Below, piece by piece: positions 1 through 7,778 of a stretch of 13,245 bases of DNA. Position 1 is the stretch's first letter; each line of letters opens with the position of its first letter. Position numbers and translations under genes: made by a program. Below the pieces are notes generated by a model that ran no database searches, was not told where the DNA came from, and saw nothing but the letters and a program-made list of their open reading frames with translations. The DNA is from a bacterium (GTDB taxonomy: Bacteria; Zhuqueibacterota; Zhuqueibacteria; Oceanimicrobiales; Oceanimicrobiaceae). The DNA lies in NCBI GenBank assembly GCA_046757525.1, contig JBHHYI010000114.1, positions 1 through 13,245 on the forward strand, written 5' to 3'.

Positions 1-80
1 GTGTAGAGCGTGAGAATCTTGCTGGTTTCGCCTTGCCTCTGACTTTTAAGGACGATTGCCTCAGTTTTTCGTAACGCCAT
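1..80 (-). CDS. recO: DNA repair protein RecO, N-terminus only (runs off the left edge)
   Basis: Manual translation from the ATG at 80-78 gives MALRKTEAIVLKSQRQGETSKILTLY..., matching the RecO N-terminal OB-fold pattern (TEAIVL...GE.SKI.TLYT). It starts 6 nt after the mgtE stop and is not in the ORF track. Confidence 0.88.
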   Translation of the reverse strand, partial: MALRKTEAIVLKSQRQGETSKILTLY

Positions 81-86
81 CTTCGC

Positions 87-1442
87 TCAATGGAGATATT
101 GCAAGGCCAGGGTCACCAGGCCTAAATAAATGATCAGTCCAATAATATCGTTGGAGGTCGAAATAAACGGCCCCGTGGCTATGGCGGGATCCACACCTAC
201 CGACTTGAGAATTAAGGGAATGCTGGTGCCGACAAAAGTCGCGTTCAGAATGACCACGATGAGGCAAAGTCCCAAAACCAGGCCAAATCGCGGTTCGCCA
301 AACAACCAAACCAGAGAAAACAACAAGACTCCGCAGGAGGTGCCGATGATAAGGGCAACTCTGAATTCTTTTTTCAAACGACTGAAAGTGTCGCCCGGGT
401 TGAGTTCTCCGAGCACCAGACCGCGTACGACGATGAAGGCGGCCTGACTGCCCGCGTTGCCGCCCATGGCCATCATGAGGGGGATGAAAAACGCGGCCAT
501 GAAGATCTGCTTCAAAGAAGCTTGAAACTTGAGTAGCACGAAAGCGGACCCCATCTCGCCCACAAAAGCCACCACCAACCACGGCAGCCGCACCAGAGCA
601 ATCTTCAACGAAGAGGTCTCGCGGATTTCTTCGTCGTCGGCCAGGCCGGCCATTTTCTGAATGTCTTCGGAAGCCTCTTCTTCCATCACATCCACCACAT
701 CGTCGATGGTGATGCGTCCCACCAATTTGCCCGAATCTTCCACCACCGGAACCGAAACCAGATTGTAGCGCCGGAAAATGTTGGCCACCTCTTCCTGGTC
801 CATGTCCGTCGGCACGCTCACCACATCCTTCTCCACGATGTTCTTTACCTGTTCCGTAGCTCTGGACAGAATCAGCTTCTTCAGCGAAAGCACGCCAACC
901 AACTTGTCCGAATTGTCGACCACGTAAACGTTGTAAACTTCACCCACTTCCTCAGCTTTAGACCGGATTTCCTTGATCGCCTCATCCACGGTGACGTCAT
1001 CACGCACACACACGAACTCCAGCGCCATGATTCCGCCAGCGGTGTCCTCCTCATGCCGCAGCAGTTCCTTGACTTCATCGGAATCCTCCTTGTCGATGGA
1101 TTCCAGCACCTTCTCGGCCACTTCCTCTGGAAGTTCTGCAACCAGGTCCGTGGCATCGTCAGAAGCCATTTCGTCGACGATTTCGGACAGGCGTTTGTGG
1201 TGTAGTTGGGAAATCAGCTTGTCCCTGGAAACCTCGTCGAATTCAACGATGACGTCCGAAGCCATTTCTGGGTCAAGCAGTCCGAAGACGTACCTTCTGT
1301 GATCATCGGGCAAATTACGAATGATGTCGGCTACGTCGGCCGGATGGCTGCCGATGAGAATATTTTGGATCATGCGGCCGTCCCGCGCTTCCGCCAGGAA
1401 CTCGATGTCGTCGATGATCGTTTTTAGATCTTTTTCATCCAT
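87..1442 (-). CDS. mgtE: Magnesium transporter MgtE
   Basis: Acidic N-terminal domain, CBS pair (TAGGIM..., GRITIDD) and a TM region with RLPWL, MGGNAGSQ, VDPAIATGPFIST and the conserved Mg-binding Asp (TSND). ATG at 1442 is preferred over the TTG at 1454; either start overlaps the end of rsmA. Confidence 0.95.
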   Translation of the reverse strand: MDEKDLKTIIDDIEFLAEARDGRMIQNILIGSHPADVADIIRNLPDDHRRYVFGLLDPEMASDVIVEFDEVSRDKLISQLHHKRLSEIVDEMASDDATDLVAELPEEVAEKVLESIDKEDSDEVKELLRHEEDTAGGIMALEFVCVRDDVTVDEAIKEIRSKAEEVGEVYNVYVVDNSDKLVGVLSLKKLILSRATEQVKNIVEKDVVSVPTDMDQEEVANIFRRYNLVSVPVVEDSGKLVGRITIDDVVDVMEEEASEDIQKMAGLADDEEIRETSSLKIALVRLPWLVVAFVGEMGSAFVLLKFQASLKQIFMAAFFIPLMMAMGGNAGSQAAFIVVRGLVLGELNPGDTFSRLKKEFRVALIIGTSCGVLLFSLVWLFGEPRFGLVLGLCLIVVILNATFVGTSIPLILKSVGVDPAIATGPFISTSNDIIGLIIYLGLVTLALQYLH

Positions 1443-2236
1443 TGATTGGTACAAATTAAATTGCTCAGCGTCACAAATTCTTGTGGGCTCAATTCTTCCG
1501 GACGTTTTTCCAGGTCAAAGGACAAAGTCTGTAAATCCGGCTGTAAGTCGCCAAGGTTGCTCAGGGAGTTGCGCAGCATTTTCCGGCGTTGCTGAAAGGT
1601 GCCGCGCACGAGTTGACTGAAGACGGCCTTGCTTCTTATGTCACGATCGTCTCCTGGCGAAAAATCCCACCTGACTACCGCTGAATCCACCTCCGGCTTG
1701 GGGCTGAAGACGTTGCGAGAAACTTGAAATAATAGCTCGACCCGGGCGTACACCTGGCTGAACACGGAAAGAATGCCGTAGTCTTTGGTACAAGGTTTAG
1801 CGGCGATTCGCCGGGCCACCTCCTTTTGAATCATCAAAGTCATGTCTTGCACCAGGTGTCTGTTCTCAAATACTTTGAAAATGACCGGGCTGGTGATGTG
1901 GTACGGAATATTGCCAATGACGCGAATGCCATTGGGCGCTTCTGCCAACTCGGCAATCTCTAAGCGCAAGAAATCCCCCTGGACCAATTCAAAATTGTCG
2001 TGCGCCCCAAGATCGGCTTGCAATTCCGACACCAGATTGCGGTCAATTTCAACAGCGATCAGCTTTTTTACCTCTGGCAGCAGGTACTTAGTTAAAACCC
2101 CAAAACCTGAGCCGATTTCCAAAAAGGTCTGCTCTGGCGTTGGGGTCACACTGTGGACTATTTTGCGGGAAATGTTTTCGTCCACCAAAAAATTCTGTCC
2201 GAGGCTTTTCTTGGGACGAAATGTCTGCTGCTTCAT
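1424..2236 (-). CDS. rsmA: 16S rRNA m6,2A1518/A1519 dimethyltransferase RsmA/KsgA
   Basis: KKSLGQNFL, SAM-binding EIGSGFG, NIPYHIT, QKEVARR, F.PKPEVDS and FQQRRKML motifs. ATGA overlap with the tatD stop. Confidence 0.96.
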   Translation of the reverse strand: MKQQTFRPKKSLGQNFLVDENISRKIVHSVTPTPEQTFLEIGSGFGVLTKYLLPEVKKLIAVEIDRNLVSELQADLGAHDNFELVQGDFLRLEIAELAEAPNGIRVIGNIPYHITSPVIFKVFENRHLVQDMTLMIQKEVARRIAAKPCTKDYGILSVFSQVYARVELLFQVSRNVFSPKPEVDSAVVRWDFSPGDDRDIRSKAVFSQLVRGTFQQRRKMLRNSLSNLGDLQPDLQTLSFDLEKRPEELSPQEFVTLSNLICTNQWMKKI

Positions 2237-3012
2237 TCCATGTCCTTTGCACCCAGGCCAAACAACTGCACGGCATTTTCCGTGGTGATTCTTTCGATTT
2301 CAGCGACATCGGTACCTTTGATTTCTGCCAGCTTCCGTGCAATGTGAAGCACGCGCGCCGGTTCGTTGCGCCGCCCGCGTTTGGGTTCGGGCGACAGGAA
2401 CGGGCTGTCGGTTTCCAAAAGCAGGCGCTCCAGAGGCACCACCTGCGCTACAGCCGGCAGCTCCGATTTCTTGAACGTCAAGTTGCCGGTAAACGAAATG
2501 TGAAACCCCATCTCGAGCACTTGCTCAGCAAATTGTGCACTTTCGGAAAAGCAATGGAAAACGCCGCGCAACCCTTCCGTGCCCTCCGTGCGCAAGATGT
2601 CCAGAATCGCGCCAATGGCTTGACGGTTGTGAATCACGATGGGCAGACCCACCTGCCGGGCCAGCGAGATCTGCTGCCGGAAAGCTCGCTCCTGAGCTGC
2701 CCTGGGGGTACGGTCCCGGTAAAAGTCCAGCCCGATCTCGCCGATGGCCACCACTTTGGGATGCCGGGAATACTCCCGCAAGGCCGCCAGGGTACCGTTG
2801 GCCAACTGGCTCGCATCGTTGGGGTGGATGCCAACCGCAGCAAACAACCCGGAATGCGCCTCCGCCAATCGGATGCTCTGCTCAGCCGTCTCCAAGTCCA
2901 CCGCAATATTGATGATTTTCTCTACGCCCGCCTGCAAAGCTCTCTGGATGACCTGCTCGCGGTCTTCCTCGAACTGCTCAAAATAGAGGTGCGCGTGAGT
3001 GTCGATTAACAT
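2233..3012 (-). CDS. tatD: TatD family metal-dependent nuclease
   Basis: DTHAH, GIHP, AIGEIGLD, IHNR, FHCF and LLETDSPFL motifs; usual metG-tatD-rsmA context. Confidence 0.95.
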   Translation of the reverse strand: MLIDTHAHLYFEQFEEDREQVIQRALQAGVEKIINIAVDLETAEQSIRLAEAHSGLFAAVGIHPNDASQLANGTLAALREYSRHPKVVAIGEIGLDFYRDRTPRAAQERAFRQQISLARQVGLPIVIHNRQAIGAILDILRTEGTEGLRGVFHCFSESAQFAEQVLEMGFHISFTGNLTFKKSELPAVAQVVPLERLLLETDSPFLSPEPKRGRRNEPARVLHIARKLAEIKGTDVAEIERITTENAVQLFGLGAKDME

Positions 3013-3016
3013 GGGA

Positions 3017-3357
3017 TCAAACTTTCTTAATTTTCTTTTCTATGTAACTTAAGACCTTGTCTAAGCTCATCTTAATAGAAGATTCTATTTTGGAAGATCG
3101 GCCAACGTGTTTGTGATATGGAAAATTCTTTAACTGCGTATGGTGGGGAGCAGTGTCCCACCCCATGATCAATTGATTGTTTTCGTCCAAATAGTATTCC
3201 CTAAATAAGTAATTTCATTTACTCTCAAGTTTGTAGTGTCAACAAAAGTTATTTTCAGTTTCACCTGTCGGCTTGAATTCGTCGGAAGCTGTTCTATATT
3301 CCTGATGATGCGTTTGTATTTTTTGATGACCTTATGTTGCCTGCTGCTTAACTTCAA
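3017..3357 (-). pseudogene. Frameshifted DUF6516/TumE-like toxin gene (about 113 aa if the frame is restored)
   Basis: The 5' part (3357-3169) has a TTG start overlapping the upstream TGA and reads ...VKLKITFVDTTNLRVNEI... The -1 frame is open from 3214 to 3017 and reads NYLFREYYLDENNQLIMGWDTAPHHTQLKNFPYHKHVGRSSKIESSIKMSLDKVLSYIEKKIKKV*. This matches the W-D-x-A-P-H-H...F-P-x-H-K-H signature I recognise for DUF6516. Confidence 0.8.
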
Positions 3358-3689
3358 TCTAATTCAAATGCCCTTTTGAGAGTTTCGAGTTTTTGCAGGA
3401 GTTCAAATCGATCATACACCAGTGCTTTTAAGTCCATATAATTTTCGTGCGTTCTGATGTCAGCATCGTCAGGGAGTCCAATTTTTTCTATGACCTCAAA
3501 TTTCTGTTTGAATAATTTTTCAATTTCAGTTATTTGAAAATCGATTTTCCGCAATTCATTCTCTAATTCCAAAATCCGATACCTCAGGCCATTCTCAACA
3601 ATTAAGTTTTTTTCCTCCTGAGTAATCTTGAGCTTATCCAGTTTATCAGAAACTGAATTTTTCGTTTTAGTATTGATTTTACTGCCCAT
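3354..3689 (-). CDS. Putative antitoxin (TumA-like), 111 aa
   Basis: Helical, charged protein with IEKLFKQKFE..EKIGLPDDAD..THENYMDL, resembling the FE.KY...FE...L.DD....HEDY..W pattern of antitoxins found upstream of DUF6516. 4-nt TTGA overlap with the downstream toxin-like gene; AT-rich. Confidence 0.65.
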   Translation of the reverse strand: MGSKINTKTKNSVSDKLDKLKITQEEKNLIVENGLRYRILELENELRKIDFQITEIEKLFKQKFEVIEKIGLPDDADIRTHENYMDLKALVYDRFELLQKLETLKRAFELD

Positions 3690-3750
3690 ATCATTCGTTC
3701 TTTATTGAAAACGTCTTATTTTTCTGATCAATCCAAAATGCGGGCGATCT

Positions 3751-5811
3751 TCAGCTAATCTTCGAGCCGGCCGCAATCTCCTCGGCCACGGTCACCAGGC
3801 TCAAATTGCCAGTCTCATCCTCTGCAGCCAGCAGCATGCCCTGCGATTCCAGTCCGCGGATTTTGGCTGGCTGCAGGTTGGCCACCACGATGATCTGCTG
3901 GTGCAGCAGAGCCTCCGGGGCGTAGTGCTGGGCGATGCCGGCCACGATCTGCCTCTGATCTCTGCCCAGATCGACCTCCAGCCGCAAAAGCTTGTCGGCT
4001 TTCTCCACTTTCTCAGCCTTGAGCACTTTTCCCACTCTCAGCTCCACCTGTCTGAACTGGTCGATGGTAATCAAATTGGCCCTTTCTTCGGTCACAGGTT
4101 CCTCCTTTCCACCACGCTTTTGAGCCGGCGCAGTATCTTGCTGCTTTTGAATTTCTGCGGCAATCGCTTCATCTTCTATTTTGGAAAAAAGTATTTCGGG
4201 GTTACCCAGGGCATGCCCGGCGGCGACGTTGCTATTGCCAGCCTCAGACCACTTCTGCGCGTGCACGTTTCCAGGCAACTGCAACAGCGACCAGAGTTTT
4301 TCCGCTGAAAACGGCAGAAAGGGCGCCATCAAAACCGCCAGGCATTTTGAAATTTGCAGGCAAATATTCAGGGTGGTGCTGCATTTCTTGGGATTCTGCT
4401 TAACGGTGAGCCAGGGCTGCTGGTCGTTGAAATACTTGTTGGCGTCGCGGGCCACGTCCATGAATTCTCTCAGAGCGTTGCGGACCTCGAACTTCTCCAG
4501 GGCCTCGCCCACGCGCGCAGGGGCTTCGGAAATGCGACCGAGAATCCAGCAGTCCAGGTCGTCCAACTGAAACTGCTCAGGCACGCAATTGTTGAAATGC
4601 TTGGCCACAAAAGTGAGGGAGCGGTTGACAAAATTCCCCAGAATGCCCACCAGCTCGCTGTTGTTGCGCGTCTGGAAATCCTTCCAGGTAAAGTCCGAAT
4701 CTTTGGTTTCCGGCGCAATGGAGGCCAGACAGTAGCGCAGCGGATCCGGTGGAAAACGGTCCAGAAACTCATTGAGCCAAATGGCGTAATTTCTGCTGGT
4801 GGAGATCTTCTGGCTGGCGATGTTCAAGTATTCGTTGGCCGGCACGTTGTCGGGCAGCACGTATTGGCCTTTAGCCATCAAAATAGCCGGAAAGAAGATG
4901 GCGTGGAACACGATGTTGTCTTTGCCGATGAAGTGAATCAGCCGGCACTCCTCATTCTGCCAGTAATCCTTCCAGCGCTCAGGTTCACCCTGGCGCTGTG
5001 CCCACTCTTTGGTCGAGGAAATGTAGCCCAGCACGGCTTCGAACCACACGTACAGCACTTTACTTCCGGCTTCTGCCAGCGGCACTTTGATGCCCCACTG
5101 CAGATCGCGGGTGACCGCCCGGTCCCTGAGCCCTTGCTTCAACCAGCCGTAACAGTAGTTCTTGACGTTCTCCTTCCACTCCGGGTGGCTGTCGAGATAG
5201 CTTTTCAGCCTATCCTGAAAATCGCCCAGGGGAAAATACCAGTGCAACGTGTCTCTCAAGACTGGCGCTTTACCGCTGATTTTGCTTTTCGGATCGATGA
5301 GGTCTACCTGATTCAAATCAGAGCCGCACTTTTCACACTGGTCGCCACGGGCTTCAGGAGAATGGCAAATGGGACAAGTGCCCTCCACGTACCGGTCTGG
5401 CAGAAACATGCCGGCTTCCTCGTCATAGAACTGTTTGTCCTCTTTCTTTTTGAGGATGCCCTTGTGGTAGAGATCGAGAAAAAACTCCTGACCGGTCTGG
5501 TGGTGAATGGGCAGCGAAGTTCTCGAGTAGTTGTCGAAACTCATGCCGAAGCGCTCGAAGCTGGCCTTGTTGAGCTGGTGAAATCTATCGATGACGTCTT
5601 TGGGCGAGGTTCCCTCCTGCTCTGCCCGGATGGTAATGGGCACGCCGTGTTCGTCGGAGCCGCAGATGTAGAGGACATCGCTGCCTTTCAGGCGCTGGTA
5701 GCGCACGTAGATATCGGCCGGCAGATAGGCACCAGCTAAATGCCCAATATGCAAGGGCCCATTGGCATACGGCAGGGCGCTGGTTACCAGGATTTTTTCT
5801 CTTTTTGCCAA
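3751..5811 (-). CDS. metG: Methionyl-tRNA synthetase with C-terminal tRNA-binding domain
   Basis: SALPYANGPLHIGH (HIGH), GSDEHG, Zn knuckle CPIC...CEKC, LYVWFEA, IGKDNIVFH, KMSKS variant KISTS, and a C-terminal Trbp111-like domain (ANLQPAKIRGLESQGMLLAA). TTG start with a GAGGAG RBS. Confidence 0.98.
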   Translation of the reverse strand: MAKREKILVTSALPYANGPLHIGHLAGAYLPADIYVRYQRLKGSDVLYICGSDEHGVPITIRAEQEGTSPKDVIDRFHQLNKASFERFGMSFDNYSRTSLPIHHQTGQEFFLDLYHKGILKKKEDKQFYDEEAGMFLPDRYVEGTCPICHSPEARGDQCEKCGSDLNQVDLIDPKSKISGKAPVLRDTLHWYFPLGDFQDRLKSYLDSHPEWKENVKNYCYGWLKQGLRDRAVTRDLQWGIKVPLAEAGSKVLYVWFEAVLGYISSTKEWAQRQGEPERWKDYWQNEECRLIHFIGKDNIVFHAIFFPAILMAKGQYVLPDNVPANEYLNIASQKISTSRNYAIWLNEFLDRFPPDPLRYCLASIAPETKDSDFTWKDFQTRNNSELVGILGNFVNRSLTFVAKHFNNCVPEQFQLDDLDCWILGRISEAPARVGEALEKFEVRNALREFMDVARDANKYFNDQQPWLTVKQNPKKCSTTLNICLQISKCLAVLMAPFLPFSAEKLWSLLQLPGNVHAQKWSEAGNSNVAAGHALGNPEILFSKIEDEAIAAEIQKQQDTAPAQKRGGKEEPVTEERANLITIDQFRQVELRVGKVLKAEKVEKADKLLRLEVDLGRDQRQIVAGIAQHYAPEALLHQQIIVVANLQPAKIRGLESQGMLLAAEDETGNLSLVTVAEEIAAGSKIS

Positions 5812-5823
5812 GGGCTCTCCTCA

Positions 5824-6681
5824 TCAATTGAGTTCTGCTAAATTGCCTTGACCGTGGCCACAATCGTTCTCACATTTGTAGACTTTTGTCTTGACGTAGT
5901 CCAGAGTAATGGTTTCAACGGTTTCGTCCGGGTATTTGACCACGACCTTTTCATTAAAAATGTCGATGTTTTCCACGATGCCTTCGCCTCTTTCGGTAAC
6001 AATGGGTTTGGCCAATTCAGGGAATTGTGCAATGGCCTGGTTGTAAAAATCGCGCTCATACATCAGACAACATTTCAGGCGACCGCAAACACCAGCCAAC
6101 TTCGACGGATTCAAAGTCAAATTCTGTTCCCTGGCGGCTTGCGTTGTCACCGGGCTAAAGTCCTGTAGCCAGCAAGAGCAACACAAAGAGCGGCCGCAAA
6201 CGCCAAAGCCGCCTTTGCGCCGGGCTTCGTCGCGGGCGCCAATCTGGCGAAACTCGATGCGAGTTCGGTACTTTGCGGCTAAATCCTTGACCAGTTCGCG
6301 AAAATCGACCCTTTTTTCCGCTGTAAAAAAGAAAGTGATCTTTTTGCTGTCAAATTGAAATTCACAGTCCACCAGTTTCATGTTGAGCTTGTGTTTTTCA
6401 AGCTTCTGCTTGCACAACTCAAGGGCAGCGACCTCGCGACGTCGATTTTCTTCCAGCTTTGCCATCTCGTTGGCATTGGCTTTGCGCACCACTTCTTTTA
6501 ACTTCTTTGCGCCAGCCTTCTTGCCCAGCAAGGGAGTGACCTGATTAATACGCCCCAAGTCGTTGCCTTTCTCGGCTTTGACAATGGCAAAGTCACCGAC
6601 TCTGAAGGGAAATTGCTGCGGATTTTTAAACAGCTCCTTCCTCTCCCCTTTAAATTTGACTTCGATAATTTCAGTAGGCAT
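5824..6681 (-). CDS. ricT: PSP1-domain protein, RicT/YaaT family (Fe-S)
   Basis: FTAEKRVDFRELVKDLA, RIEFRQIGARDEA, GVCGRSLCC and KLAGVCGRLKCCL motifs; directly after holB, as in the conserved holB-yaaT arrangement. Confidence 0.9.
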   Translation of the reverse strand: MPTEIIEVKFKGERKELFKNPQQFPFRVGDFAIVKAEKGNDLGRINQVTPLLGKKAGAKKLKEVVRKANANEMAKLEENRRREVAALELCKQKLEKHKLNMKLVDCEFQFDSKKITFFFTAEKRVDFRELVKDLAAKYRTRIEFRQIGARDEARRKGGFGVCGRSLCCSCWLQDFSPVTTQAAREQNLTLNPSKLAGVCGRLKCCLMYERDFYNQAIAQFPELAKPIVTERGEGIVENIDIFNEKVVVKYPDETVETITLDYVKTKVYKCENDCGHGQGNLAELN

Positions 6682-7771
6682 CTCGTGTCTCCTTAATGCG
6701 CGCCCTCAACTTGTTGAGCAAAACGATTAGAATCAAATTCAATTGTACATTCCTTTGCATCAGTTCCATGGACTTCTCCACTTCCTGAACCGCCCCGTAT
6801 AAATCAGCGTGGGGGAAGTTGGCCACAAACTTCTGCAAGACTTCAACCTGGTCAAAGTTAACCAGGTTCTCACACTTCTCACCGTGGCTTTCCCGGTAAA
6901 TCATCGCGTCTCGAAACCAGAACAAAAGCGCCCCCAGCAAATCCTTAACTCTCTTTGAATCCCGCTGGACTCTGTGCAATACTTCCTCGACGAAAAGCAG
7001 TTGCGTAAAATCGTTTTGAACGCTCTTACGAAAGAATTCGAGGGCCTCCTCTCTTAATGACTGCAAATCCTCGTCCAACAACTCGATCGCCTGGCGATAG
7101 CTGCCCGAAGACAAGCGGGCGACGAGGCGAGCCTGCGTGGCTGCCACACCGTTTCTCTGTATTAACGCGCTCTCAATTTCTTCGGCCGCTAAGGGATCGA
7201 AGTTGACCGGTTGACATCGAGAAGCAATCGTGGGCACGATGAGATTGGGTTTGGACGAAATTAGGAGCAAGTAGGTCCCTTCCGGGGGTTCTTCAAGAAT
7301 CTTCAGCAGGGCATTGGCGGCCTCGATGGTCATGCGTTCGGCATCGACCAAAATGACGATACGCCCCTTGCCTTCCAGCGACTTGAAAGCCGACGCCTGG
7401 CGAATCTGACGGATTCTTTCAATGGAGATCGACGGATTGGCCCACAGTTCCAGCCGTTGGTAAGGATCCGTTTGCAGGCTGGCGATGATCTTCTGGTGGT
7501 CGCCTTCGTTGACTTTCAACGGCGCCGGGTAGACATACAACAGGTCGGGATGGGCGATTCTGGCAATCCTGTGGCAGTCAGCGCACTGGCCACACGGAAA
7601 GGGGGTGCGGTTGCTGCAAAACAAACTCTTGGCGACTTCCAAAGCCATGGCCTCTTTGCCAACGCCACGCTCGCCCACAAACAGATAGGCATGCGACATG
7701 CGTTGGTTGCGCAGAGCCTTTTCAAAAAACAGCTTGACCTGCCTTTGTCCGATGATGTTCTCGAAACCCAT
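6671..7771 (-). CDS. holB: DNA polymerase III subunit delta'
   Basis: HAYLF.GERGVGK, Zn module C...CGQCADC, HPD, AANALLKILEEPP and TIASRC motifs. 11-nt overlap with ricT. Confidence 0.92.
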   Translation of the reverse strand: MGFENIIGQRQVKLFFEKALRNQRMSHAYLFVGERGVGKEAMALEVAKSLFCSNRTPFPCGQCADCHRIARIAHPDLLYVYPAPLKVNEGDHQKIIASLQTDPYQRLELWANPSISIERIRQIRQASAFKSLEGKGRIVILVDAERMTIEAANALLKILEEPPEGTYLLLISSKPNLIVPTIASRCQPVNFDPLAAEEIESALIQRNGVAATQARLVARLSSGSYRQAIELLDEDLQSLREEALEFFRKSVQNDFTQLLFVEEVLHRVQRDSKRVKDLLGALLFWFRDAMIYRESHGEKCENLVNFDQVEVLQKFVANFPHADLYGAVQEVEKSMELMQRNVQLNLILIVLLNKLRARIKETRDAY

Positions 7772-7778
7772 GGGTGCC

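Noticed and set aside
2140..3009. 289-aa ORF antisense to tatD/rsmA and other shadow ORFs over the large genes
   Set aside because: These overlap well-supported genes, have no family motifs, and are expected in GC3-rich coding DNA.
3690..3750. Dedicated promoter or operator for the TA pair
   Set aside because: A TTGATC hexamer is present on the minus strand, but there is no convincing -10 at proper spacing and no clear operator palindrome.
3010..3755. Target-site duplication or terminal inverted repeats around the AT-rich insert
   Set aside because: Only short GATC-containing similarities were found at the ends, too weak to call an IS or att site.
4354..5739. 461-aa ORF antisense to metG
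   Set aside because: It is in exact codon register with metG, so it stays open simply because metG avoids TTA/CTA/TCA there. It has no recognisable motifs or RBS.
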